64,000 bases of DNA. Origin: Podarcis liolepis (lineage: Eukaryota). The stretch is from the NCBI GenBank assembly GCA_965112155.1, contig OZ218101.1; one strand, written 5' to 3'. Below are positions 28,101-39,300 of the stretch, in pieces (positions within the stretch are counted from its first letter, which is position 1; the number at the start of each line of letters is the position of its first letter). The position numbers and the translations under genes are program-made. Under the pieces are notes generated by a model. That model was not told where the DNA came from. It ran no database searches and saw nothing but the letters and a program-made list of their open reading frames with translations.

Positions 28101-28929
28101 CATATTTATCATACTGCTATATCTTGTCTATGGATTCTATGCTAATGAAAATGGAAGCCCAGCATTTTCCATTGTGTTTTAAAATTAGCTCTCTTGAAGA
28201 AAAAAATAAGTACTGTTAATAATTTATTGTGATGTCCCACACTGTTTTTACAGGGTTGCTTTTTGAGTGCTTGGCACCTACAGATCCATTCATTGCACTG
28301 AAGAAGACCACCTCCACCCTACTTTAGGGAAGCTTCCCTAGGGCAAGTAAAAGTGTTGTCTTGGGAAGAAAGAAAAACAATCTGTTTCTCGGAGGTCATT
28401 AACAATCCTATAATCTGCAAGGCTATATATGCAAAAATCAGTAACCTTCTTATTCTTAAGCAGTGCAACGCAATAGAAGGACACTAAAATATGTTCTGTT
28501 TTTGTTCTGTTGTTTTTTTTAAAAAAGCTTCCTAGGACAAAAGTCATAATGGTGTATAATTGTTCTGCACCAGAAAAAGCTGCTATCAAGTAGCGGCTTT
28601 ACAAACACTTCTAAAGTAGTTAAGAAAGTATGTTTCAGGAATTTGGGGCCTATCCTATCCAATAGTCAAATACTAAATGTTACAAGAATAACAATCACCG
28701 TGCTAAAGATATATAAGCTTCAACTGATTTTATCACAGCCCAAAGAGATGCATTGTGTGATCAGCTCTCCTACCTTTCCCCCCCTTTAAAGCAGCTATGG
28801 AAAGAGGGGGTTCAGATTCTGAATGCAGCAGAGGTGCTTGAGGAGAGAATGTTTAACCCTTCCCTTTATACCATTTCCCCAACTGAAATAGCTCTTCTCT
28901 CTGCAGGGCTGGGTGGAAAAAATCTGTTG

Positions 28930-29635
28930 GTATCCGTCTGTCTTGAGAGCCAATGGAGTGCACCTCCAGCGGTGAAGTCAAACTGCTGCGTTAGCAACAC
29001 CTAAGTGACTTCCCCAGGAAGCAAGCCTGGGCACTGTGTATGGAGATCCTGGGCTGCCCAGACAATGACCCCCATCTCAGCCTCACAGATGTGTTCCAAA
29101 GGATAGCAGAGCTTTCCAAAACTCTGTGTCCAAAGGAAAGCACAGCCTTCATTTGGCAGTAGATTGGCTACAGGGCAGTTGTCTTAGGGACTTCACTGCA
29201 GATTTGTGTTGGGTTTTCTCCTGAAGATGAGCAGGAGGTTTAGGGCCAGAATTTTCCATCTCCTAGATGGGCTGCCTTCCCAGGTTGATAAGCCCCATCT
29301 GTCCCCTCTATAGCACATGCAGAAACCACTTTCTTGACTGTTGGACCCACTATTGGTCTCATCCATTCAATATGCCAGAGCCTGCCTTTGTATGCAGGGG
29401 AAGTCCCTAACTCACCAAGGATTTAAGACCCATCAGCTGCCCTCACCTGGTTTAGCCAGCCAGTCAAAACCATTCCTGAGGTGTGGCTGCTGTCACATGC
29501 TGACAGCTTCTAGGAACCACAGGTGAGAGCGGAGCGCAGGGTGGGGACCTAATGAGGATGAATTACCCCACAAGGAACATGATGTGTCCCCCACCAGAGG
29601 TACCACCCCACTCCTAATTCCCTATATACCCCTCG
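28930..29635. mobile_element. Probable interspersed repeat (possibly an RTE-type LINE 5' region)
   Basis: GC-richer block with a repeat-like appearance; family assignment is from memory and uncertain. Confidence 0.35.
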
Positions 29636-30048
29636 TGTGGAGAAATACAGGTAAGATATTGGTACCTGCCTCCCCCCCCCCCAGTGGAAATGAAAAATAA
29701 AGATTTAGAAATGGCTATTCCTTTCCACAGTAAGTGATAACTTCCAATTCAATGAACAAAAGCTATTTTGTTAAATATCTCACATAGTTTCACACCCTAA
29801 AATATCAGCATTAATAAATTATACATGTCGCATTCAATCAAAACCAATTTTCTCACAGGAACTTTACATCATTCATTGTATGCAATTATCCTCCAAGATC
29901 CAGTTACTAAAAGGGGGTGGCAACTGTGATATGTGCTTTATCAGTGGCTTTCATAACTACTGGCGGTCAGCAAAGGGATACACAGATTAAAGAATCCTAA
30001 ATTCCTTTATGGATTCACAAGGAAAACATGCTGTACTGGTCATTGTCT

Positions 30049-30049
<1 letters not shown>

Positions 30050-30087
<38 letters not shown>
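30050..30087. repeat. (AC)n microsatellite
   Basis: Direct reading. Confidence 0.95.
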
Positions 30088-30089
<2 letters not shown>

Positions 30090-30489
30090 TCACTTGCCAG
30101 CCCGTTCCCTCTCTATTTTCTAATACCCTGCCCACATCACCTTGAACTGTCTTGTATGTCTGGAAGTAAACCTAACTTCTTTTTCTACTGCCACGTCACA
30201 CTGAGAATACAGTATAGTTTTATTATTGTGTATGCCTGTGTGCCTAATGATAGATGAAGGTATTCTGCTAGGAATAGAAACTTTTCAGAACAAATGTAAG
30301 CAAACTGTAAGGTATGCACATTCTGATATTTTAGAAATGTGTAATTCTGCCAGATTTTCCTCATAGGAAGAGCAGCTTGCATCTAATTGTTGCCCTGCCA
30401 ACCTTCAGTACTTGATGCAAAGCTTGGACCTCGCTCAACAAACAGTTCAAATAAAATAAAAATAACTAAAAGAAAGCGAAGTCCCACCT

Positions 30490-30655
30490 CACCAACCTTT
30501 AGCAGCTATTTGAGAATGTCGACAAGCACATGGATAGGGTTGATCTGATAGACATTATATAGTTGGACTTTCAAAAACCTTCAGATGAAGTCTTCACTGA
30601 AGGCTGTTGAGTAAACTTAACACTCATGCAATAAGAAAATTACAAGTCCTCCAAT
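30490..30655 (+). mobile_element. Degraded CR1 RT fragment
   Basis: gacattatatagttggactttcaaaaaccttc resembles DIIYLDFQKAFD. Confidence 0.55.
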
Positions 30656-30685
30656 ATTTTAGGAACACGTATCAGGAAGTAGTGG

Positions 30686-30688
<3 letters not shown>

Positions 30689-30728
<40 letters not shown>
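30689..30728. repeat. (AT)20 microsatellite at left end of PLE cluster
   Basis: Direct reading. Confidence 0.98.
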
Positions 30729-30731
<3 letters not shown>

Positions 30732-30774
30732 AGTTTTGGTGTCTTCGGGTGTCTTCCCGTGTAAGAGTTGGGGT

Positions 30775-30824
30775 GTCTAGGCGACGTTTCGACGAGGTCT
30801 CACTCGTCATCTTCAGGCTGGTGC
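30775..30824 (-). ncRNA. Minimal type I hammerhead ribozyme motif in PLE 3' repeat (copy 1)
   Basis: CUGAAGA-U-GACGAG-ugagac-CUCGUC-GAAA-C-GUC. Confidence 0.75.
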
Positions 30825-31041
30825 TTACGGCTTCTTGTTACTGGAACAGAGCAGGATCTCAGTGTTTGAGTTCCTATAAATACTGTTGAGGGGGTGTGGT
30901 GTATTCTGGGCAGAGAGGAAGTTCCCAGGATAGTGTGACTTTTCTTCTTTTGTTCCTTAATTACTTGAGGGATATCTTGAGTGATTTCTTGAGTGATATT
31001 CTGAGTACCACTTAGGAGGGTCATTAAGAGTGGATTAGTTG

Positions 31042-32300
31042 CTAAAGCTTTCGTGTCTTGACCTCTTGAGCTTGTGAAGAGTTTTTCTGAGAAGATGGCT
31101 GTACTGCACTTAGTTGTGCTCTGGCTTGGCTTCGTGTATACGCTTCGTGTATACGCTTGTTCATGTTGTGAGGGTGTTTCTCTATCTCGATGGCTTCCAT
31201 GATTATTCTCTTGTGGTGATGTTCCATGTTAAAGAGCAATTTGGAATCTGCAAAATTAATTTCGTGTCCTGTTTCTTTCATGTGTTGGAAAAGAGAGGAA
31301 GTTTTTTCTTCTTTTTTGACGGCATTCTTGTGTTCTGCGATACGTGCATTTATTCGTCTGTTTGTTTGTCCAATGTACGTGGCTGGGCAGACTTTGCAGG
31401 GTATTTCATAGACCCCTTGGTTTTCCAACTGGATTTTATCTTTGGGGTTTCTGAGGATATTGGCTATTTTTTGGTTGGTGCAAAAGGCTGTTTTGATATT
31501 GTGTTTATGGAGGATTTTGCTAATTTTATCTGTAGTGCCCTTGATATAAGGAAGGAGGGCCATGCCATTGTTTTCTTCTGTGTCTTGGTTTTTGGGGGGT
31601 GTTTCTTTTTGGATTAGCTTCGTAACCCTGTTTTGCTGGTATCCATTGGCGATTAACACATTTGAGAGATTCTGTAACTCAGTTGTCAAGTGGTCTTTGT
31701 CAGCCAGGCGTTTGGTTCTGGAGATGAGAGTCTTGGCTACGGAGTTTATTTGTGCAGGGTGGTGGTGTGATTGTGCATGTAAGTAGCGGTTGGTGTGTGT
31801 TTTTTTCCGGTAGATGGTGTGTCCTAGGGAGCCATCAGGTTTTTTGTAGATTAGGACGTCAAGGAAGGGAAGTTGGTTGTTGGCTTCTATTTCCATAGTG
31901 AATTGTATTTTGGGGTGTAGGCTGTTGAGATGTGTGAGGAAGCTATCTAGTTTTTCTTTCCCGTGTGGCCAAATTACAAAGGTGTCGTCAACATATCTGA
32001 GCCAAAGTTTGGGTTTGTGTTCTGACTTGTCTAAAGCATTGGTTTCAAAGTGTTCCATGTACAGATTTGCGATGACCGGTGAGAGGGGTGATCCCATAGG
32101 TGCTCCTTCTATCTGTTTGTATCTTTGTCCATTGTGGATGAAGTACGTGTTGGTTAGGCAGTGGTTGGTCAGGTCCAGGATGTATTCGGGGGGATTGTAT
32201 TTGTTTTGGATGGCTGTCAAGGCTTCATTAATGGGCACTTGTGTGAAGAGAGATACAACATCGAAGCTCACAAGTAGGTCATCGGGATGTAGGTTTTGCT
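31042..32300 (-). CDS. Penelope-like RT (partial) + GIY-YIG endonuclease, 5'-truncated open frame
   Basis: About 420 codons without a stop, with RT motifs and a C-terminal GIY-YIG containing CxxC. The N-terminus is cut by the inversion junction, so the annotated Met is artefactual. Confidence 0.88.
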
Positions 32301-32930
32301 TCTTTAACATGGAACATCACCACAAGAGAATAATCATGGAAGCCATCGAGATAGAGAAACACCCTCACAACATGAACAAGCGTGACGACACGTCCCGCCT
32401 GCCAGACATCTGGAAATTAGCCCTCCCCACAAAAACCGACACCAGAACCAGAGGCACACAGAACGCCATCACCAATCAACCACACCAGACCCAAACCCAG
32501 ACCCTCTCCACAGATAAATTACAGACACCATCCAGTAGCCAAACCATAGTGGCACCTCCGGATGCTACACCCCCCTGCAATCCCTACACAGATCTGACTG
32601 GCACAGCTCGCCCCTATACACGAAGCCAAGCCAGAGCACAACTAAGTGCAGTACAGCCATCTTCTCAGAAAAACTCTTCACAAGCTCAAGAGGTCAAGAC
32701 ACGAAAGCTTTAGCAACTAATCCACTCTTAATGACCCTCCTAAGTGGTACTCAGAATATCACTCAAGAAATCACTCAAGATATCCCTCAAGTAATTAAGG
32801 AACAAAAGAAGAAAAGTCACACTATCCTGGGAACTTCCTCTCTGCCCAGAATACACCACACCCCCTCAACAGTATTTATAGGAACTCAAACACTGAGATC
32901 CTGCTCTGTTCCAGTAACAAGAAGCCGTAA

Positions 32931-32980
32931 GCACCAGCCTGAAGATGACGAGTGAGACCTCGTCGAAACGTCGCCTAGAC
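32931..32980 (+). ncRNA. Minimal type I hammerhead ribozyme motif (copy 2)
   Basis: CTGAAGA at 32939-32945, 6-bp stem II 32947-32952/32959-32964, GAAA 32965-32968, GUC cleavage triplet 32970-32972. Confidence 0.75.
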
Positions 32981-33056
32981 ACCCCAACTCTTACACGGGA
33001 AGACACCCGAAGACACCAAAACTTGCATTCCTGTACCCGTGAAAATCTACGAAAGC

Positions 33057-33080
33057 ATATATATATATATATATATATAT
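33057..33080. repeat. (AT)12 spacer between the two PLE units
   Basis: Direct reading. Confidence 0.98.
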
Positions 33081-33156
33081 GCTTTCGTAGATTTTCACGG
33101 GTACAGGAATGCAGGTTTTGGTGTCTTCGGGTGTCTTCCCGTGTAAGAGTTGGGGT

Positions 33157-33206
33157 GTCTAGGCGACGTTTCGACGAGGTCTCACTCGTCATCTTCAGGC
33201 TGGTGC
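33157..33206 (-). ncRNA. Minimal type I hammerhead ribozyme motif (copy 3)
   Basis: Same core as copy 2, on the reverse strand. Confidence 0.75.
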
Positions 33207-34752
33207 TTTCGGCTTCTTGTTACTGGAACAGAGCAGGATCTCAGTGTTTGAGTTCCTATAAATACTGTTGAGGGGGTGTGGTGTATAGCCTCCAACGTTC
33301 TGGGCAGAGAGGAAGTTCCCAGGTTAGTGTGCCTTTTCTTCTTTTGTTCCTTAATTACTTGAGGGATATCTTGAGTGATTTCTTGAGTGATATTCTGAGT
33401 ACCACTTAGGTGGGTCATTAGGTGTGGATTAGTTGCTAAAGCTTTCGTGTCTTGACCTCTTGAGCTTGTGAAGAGTTTTTCTGAGAAGATGGCTGTACTG
33501 CACTTAGTTGTGCTCTGGCTTGGCTTCGTGTATAGGGGCGAGCTGTGGTTTTGTGCCCTGTGCCAGCCAGATCTGTGTAGGGATTGCAGGGGGGTGCAGC
33601 ATCCGGAGGTGCCACTATGGTTTGGCTACTGGATGGTGTCTGTAATTTATCTGTGGAGAGGGTCTGGGTTTGGGTCTGGTGTGGTTGATTGGTGATGGCG
33701 TTCTGTGTGCCTCTGGTTCTGGTGTCGGTTTTTGTGGGGAGGGCTAATTTCCAGATGTCTGGCAGGCGGGACGTGTCGTCCTTATATCAAGGGCACCACA
33801 GATAAAATTAGCAAAATCCTCCATAAACACAATATCAAAACAGCCTTTTGCACCAACCAAAAAATAGCCAATATCCTCAGAAACCCCAAAGATAAAATCC
33901 AGTTGGAAAACCAAGGGGTCTATGAAATACCCTGCAAAGTCTGCCCAGCCACGTACATTGGACAAACAAACAGACGAATAAATGCACGTATCGCAGAACA
34001 CAAGAATGCCGTCAAAAAAGAAGAAAAAACTTCCTCTCTTTTCCAACACATGAAAGAAACAGGACACGAAATTAATTTTGCAGATTCCAAATTGCTCTTT
34101 AACATGGAACATCACCACAAGAGAATAATCATGGAAGCCATCGAGATAGAGAAACACCCTCACAACATGAACAAGCGTGACGACACGTCCCGCCTGCCAG
34201 ACATCTGGAAATTAGCCCTCCCCACAAAAACCGACACCAGAACCAGAGGCACACAGAACGCCATCACCAATCAACCACACCAGACCCAAACCCAGACCCT
34301 CTCCACAGATAAATTACAGACACCATCCAGTAGCCAAACCATAGTGGCACCTCCGGATGCTGCACCCCCCTGCAATCCCTACACAGATCTGGCTGGCACA
34401 GGGCACAAAACCACAGCTCGCCCCTATACACGAAGCCAAGCCAGAGCACAACTAAGTGCAGTACAGCCATCTTCTCAGAAAAACTCTTCACAAGCTCAAG
34501 AGGTCAAGACACGAAAGCTTTAGCAACTAATCCACACCTAATGACCCACCTAAGTGGTACTCAGAATATCACTCAAGAAATCACTCAAGATATCCCTCAA
34601 GTAATTAAGGAACAAAAGAAGAAAAGGCACACTAACCTGGGAACTTCCTCTCTGCCCAGAACGTTGGAGGCTATACACCACACCCCCTCAACAGTATTTA
34701 TAGGAACTCAAACACTGAGATCCTGCTCTGTTCCAGTAACAAGAAGCCGAAA

Positions 34753-34802
34753 GCACCAGCCTGAAGATGACGAGTGAGACCTCGTCGAAACGTCGCCTAG
34801 AC
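34753..34802 (+). ncRNA. Minimal type I hammerhead ribozyme motif (copy 4)
   Basis: CTGAAGA at 34761, GAAA at 34787-34790, GUC at 34792-34794. Confidence 0.75.
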
Positions 34803-34848
34803 ACCCCAACTCTTACACGGGAAGACACCCGAAGACACCAAAACCTGC

Positions 34849-34866
34849 ATATATATATATATATAT
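34849..34866. repeat. (AT)9 at right end of PLE cluster
   Basis: Direct reading. Confidence 0.97.
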
Positions 34867-35490
34867 AAATTTTCATTATAAAAAAAGAAACATACAAAAC
34901 AAACATCATATTTTTCACCAACTTCATCTTTTTGACTCCCCTCAGCCTTTCTGATGATTCTTCGTTCTATTTACTTCTTCCACATTTCTCACATAATATT
35001 GCACTACCTTAATATCTTATTTACCCCCCCTTTTTTTTTACAATATTTCTACCTTACATTTTCACAGAACTTCCCGAAAACCTACAAACGTTGTTTGATT
35101 ATCACATAATGTTTGCATATACTCTGTAAATTTAGTCCAGTCCTCAGTGAATCTCTGGTCACGTCGATTCCGGATCCTTCCTGTTAATTTATCAAGTTCC
35201 GCGTAATCTGTCAATTTCATTCTCCATTCTTCAATCGTAGGCAATTCTTCTTGTTTCCATTTTTGGGCCAACAATATTCTTGCTGCTGTTACTGCATATA
35301 AAAACAACTTCCATTCTTTCTTATTAACTTCATTTCCTATTACACCTAGTAAGAATGCTTCTGGTTTCTTAACAAATGTATATTTCACAATTTTTTTCAT
35401 CTCATTATATATCATCTCCCAAAAGCTTTTTACTTTTTTACATTCCCACCACATATGGTGAAATGTTCCTTTTCCCCCCTTACATTTCCA
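34867..35490 (-). mobile_element. L1/Tx1-clade LINE 3' fragment (ORF2 C-terminal Cys/His-rich region + 3' UTR)
   Basis: WKCKGGKGTFHHMWWECKKVKSFW motif, an open frame to the stop at 35062, then an AT-rich 3' UTR ending at the (AT)n tract. Confidence 0.8.
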
Positions 35491-36164
35491 ATGAGAGCCG
35501 CCACTTGCCATTTAAGGGGATTTGGGTGAAGACCTCTGCTGAGGCTTCCTGGAGAAAGGAAAAGGATGGTGGAAACTTCCAGTTTCTTGTAGAAGCATCT
35601 TACGATCATGCACAAGAGCCAAAAGTTTTTCCAGGTTGGCTGATGTAAGTGGAGGTTGCTTCATTGGCTCTGTGAATGGCAAAGTCCAAGTGGCATTCTT
35701 TAGCTTCTGTCAGCTGGGAGTCCCCATCCTGAGGAAAGTAAGTTCCTAGAGACTAAATTGAAAACTGAAAAGTCCACATTTGGGATCTTTAATAAGATCA
35801 TTAACTCAGTATCAAGGGAGTAGAATTGGTTAGAAATAGATGCTAGCTTCTTAACTTGGAGTGGCAAATCCCATTCAGATTTGGATACATTCCTTAGCAG
35901 AGCTAGAACTGGAACACCAGAGTTAGAAGTTTTAGGTTCAGCTGCCTCAACATGGATTTGCAGAAAATGAATCAAACAAGCATTATTTCTCTTTTACTGT
36001 AACATAATCTTCTTGATCATGAAGAAACAGTAAATGCTTTCTATAGGAAGGCTTTCTACACTTTCTCATATGACTTGTTGTGAAGGCTCCGATAGTCTGT
36101 CGTCTCCAGATTTGCTTACAAAGCAATGAGTTCATTTTATCATGCTAGCAGATTGTTGGATAAG

Positions 36165-36322
36165 GCTGAATAAGAGCTGTTTGAAACAGATGCCCTCAGA
36201 AGGTGGTGGACACCCCTTCATGGGAGGTTTTGAAGCAGATGTTCAATGGCCATCTGCAATGGATGCTTTGAGATTCCTGCATTGCAGGGGTTAGACTAGA
36301 TGACTCCCAACTGTGATTCTAA
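36165..36322 (+). mobile_element. CR1 3' fragment
   Basis: ggtggtggaca...gaggttttgaagcaga...gattcctgcattgcaggggttagactagatga. Confidence 0.65.
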
Positions 36323-39300
36323 GGCCTTTTTGAACCTGTTCTGGAGGTCTAGCTGCACTTGTTGATCTGCCAAAATAGGTCTAATTTCACCAAACTCACA
36401 GTGGGTTAAGATAGTTGAATTTAGGTTTCATTGAATTCACTGAGACATTAGTAATCACTTTTCATTGATTTCAATGAAAACTAAGTACAGCTAAGTCTGA
36501 TACAAGTGAAGTATCTGTTTAACTCTCCACCCCCAATAACCTATAGTAATAGGTATGGAAAACAACCCAGTGATACAGCTGATAATAAACTGAGCACGAG
36601 TAAGCAATGCACTCCCACTGCAAATAAGGCACCATAATAATGAGTTACATTACTGGTTGTTCAATCTTATGCATGTTTACTTAAAATTAAGGCCCTTTGT
36701 ATTCAATAGGGCTTACTCCCAGGTGTACGGGATTGCAATCTAAGGCTATTACAATTATTCCCACTCTACTCTGCATTGATAAAGCTGTTGCGGCAGTAAT
36801 GTGTTCCATTCTGGTTACTGAAGTCCAAGACAGACATAGATAAACTGGAAGAAAGCAGACTAACAAAAATTATCAGAATTCTAGCTTACTTAGCTTGAAT
36901 AAGAAGAAAAACTGAGTGAGAACTAGACATGGACTTCAAAGGGGGTCTTTTAAAACTTTTCTGATTGCTTTCAGAAAGGGTAGAGCCTAATTAAATTACA
37001 AAAAAAAATACAGGCTGCTATTTTGATGCCATTGACATTATGTGGACACTGCAAAAACCTTTCATGCATGAGCAGCACAGATCCCAAAGTAAATACCCAG
37101 TAGTCTTAAAGAACTTATTTTATTGCCTACTTTGGATACCCTAAAAAATTGTCTGCGAAAATAGACAGGACATTTGGAGAACTTCTGAATTCTTAGAATG
37201 GCAAAGAATATGGTACAAAACCTTCCATGATACTTATTGCTGACTGAAATAAAATCAGTTTTTATGATTATGACTGATGGCATATTGGCAATTTACAAAA
37301 GATGATCACTCTAGTCACTATAATTATTATTATCTGGCATTATGTTGAATGTAACATTTTTCCAGCAGCAACAAAAATAATGGGTGATAATGTTCAGTTT
37401 TGGTGTCGTGCTTGTGCAATAAACTTCTACTTGTGGAAGTGGAACTTTCTCTTCTCATCCTCCCCCTTGCAGTCTGCTATCTTGGCAGAATTGGGAAACC
37501 CTCCAGAACAGATGGAAGATAAAGGGGGATGCAGGGGAGAGAGTAGAAGTAATTCCACCACATCTACTGGTTAAACATTGGATCTTGCCCACTATCTCTG
37601 TAGGGAAAGTATACATATATCTGTATATACAGTATGTGACTGTACTTCACTAAGGGTACATGGACTAGGAAGGCTATGCATGCACCAATCCCTGCTTCAC
37701 CAATCTTGGAATATAATAGCAGTATGTAATCAAGAGGAGGTAATAACAGCAAAATGAATTTTGCATGCGCTTGTATTGTACAGTCTGACACATGATGTAG
37801 CAACCTTGCTGAGACTAAGTAGGTCTCACATGTGGTCAGTACTCAGCTGGGAAACTTCTTTAGAACCCTGTGTATACTGTCCAGAGTAGAAGCAAGGCTA
37901 GATAAGGGAAGAAAATGCACGTTTTTAGGTTTGTTCAAACATTTCCGAAAGGGATTCCACACATGAGAGTATTTCTATCGCAGGCCATTAACATTGCTCC
38001 ATGGTATTTCAGAGCCTGTCTGTTGATATCACTGTGTTGATTGAAAATAACCATGGTTCCCTCGTTGGCCATAACCTAAAACAGTTAAGCCTGTTTAAAT
38101 CGACTAAAACCAATTATCTTACTCATGCTTAGCTCACTGTTGGATTGTGACCTTTATTTGTTAGCTTGATGCCTATCTTGCTTTTGGATTGCAGGGATTG
38201 CATGATTCTCACTTTATCTGAGTTGTGATGGATTTGACCATTGGAAATGGCCTCAATGGGGTTCTTTACACCAAATGGATAATAAAATCCATTAGGAGAA
38301 AAAAAAATAGAAACAAAGGAATATTAGTAACCACAAATGAATGGAAAATTTCTTTTATCTTTTCTTTGTGAGATGAATCACATATGTGGAATAACCAGTT
38401 AAAATATTGTTTATATGTAAGTATATAATTTTGTTGAACACAGTATCTGTATTTAAACTTCTAATGTATTGTTTGTCATTAGCTTACATATTGCTGCCTT
38501 ACAGTGGCATTATTCAATTCATTTCATTCATCCAGAAGCAAAGAAAGCTCTGACCTCCTGACCCCAATTTTCACTTAAAGAAACAAATTTCTTTTTGCAA
38601 ACAAATTCAATTTTTCTCCTGTCAACCTTTAGCCTTGCTTTAAAATATTAAGCTTTTCCCCATTATAGTAAGCAATCAGGTTTCCACTATACAAATTTAA
38701 CATTAATCTCTACTTTATAATCTGGTGAGAATGTTACCTTCATTTTATTCAGTACTGCCAAAAAGAATACAAGTAGGTATACCCTTGCAATCTTCAAGCA
38801 CACAATGACACTCTAAGTGCAAAGCTATACTTTTAAATTTAATTGCTTTTTAACATTTTGCAAGGTAAAACAATCAGCTGGGTAGGGGATACAGCTCTGC
38901 TTAAAAGGGAGGGAACATGACACATGGAGAACAAAATTTGTTGATGAAATATAAATGTATTCCAAAACAAATGGTTCCACAAGGCCCCAAAGCAGTTGTT
39001 TTGAGGCAGGAATACAGAGGCCATTTCCCCACCTTCAGTCACTACCACTTTTTATCATGAAAATGAGGTCCAGGTTGGAGGTTACGGGTGGGAGGCAACA
39101 TAATGTCTTTTTTATTTCCCCCCCAGAGCAAAACTCTCCCAATATAGTAATGGGATTGAAATCACTCTGTAGCAAAAGGGCAGAAATGGCAACATAACTG
39201 TGTCTGTATTACTAAGCCAAATTATATTGTATTCCTAACTCAATCTTGTTCTTCAGACATTGACTTCTTTTTTTATATAAAAAAAGTACATAACTACTTC

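Larger units (their letters stand above)
30729..33056. mobile_element. Penelope-like element (Penelope/Poseidon type), unit A: 5'-truncated RT-GIY-YIG arm on minus strand (30729-~32300) fused to an inverted 3'-end arm on plus strand (~32301-33056)
   Basis: RT motifs SFDVVSLFT, GAPMGSPLSP and RYVDD are followed by GIY-YIG GVYEIPCKVCPATYIGQT. Both arms share diagnostic variants. Flanked by (AT)n. Confidence 0.92.
33081..34848. mobile_element. Penelope-like element, unit B: inverted 3'-end arm on minus strand (33081-33780) fused to a GIY-YIG/3' arm on plus strand (33779-34848)
   Basis: Plus arm encodes PYIKG...GVYEIPCKVCPATYIGQT to the stop at 34523. There is a 2-nt TC microhomology at the junction. 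Flanked by (AT)n. Confidence 0.92.

Noticed and set aside
31877-32713. 278-aa plus-strand ORF (and the similar 33705-34523 N-terminus)
   Set aside because: These are chimeras of antisense sequence and the PLE C-terminus created by the inversion junctions.
32731-33418. 74-108-aa ORFs repeated across the PLE 3' repeats
   Set aside because: They have no recognisable domain, and their recurrence simply reflects the repeat and palindrome structure.
35490-35990. Possible degraded RT fragment upstream of the L1 piece
   Set aside because: Only a faint motif resemblance (LHPNPLKWQVAA), not enough to assign.
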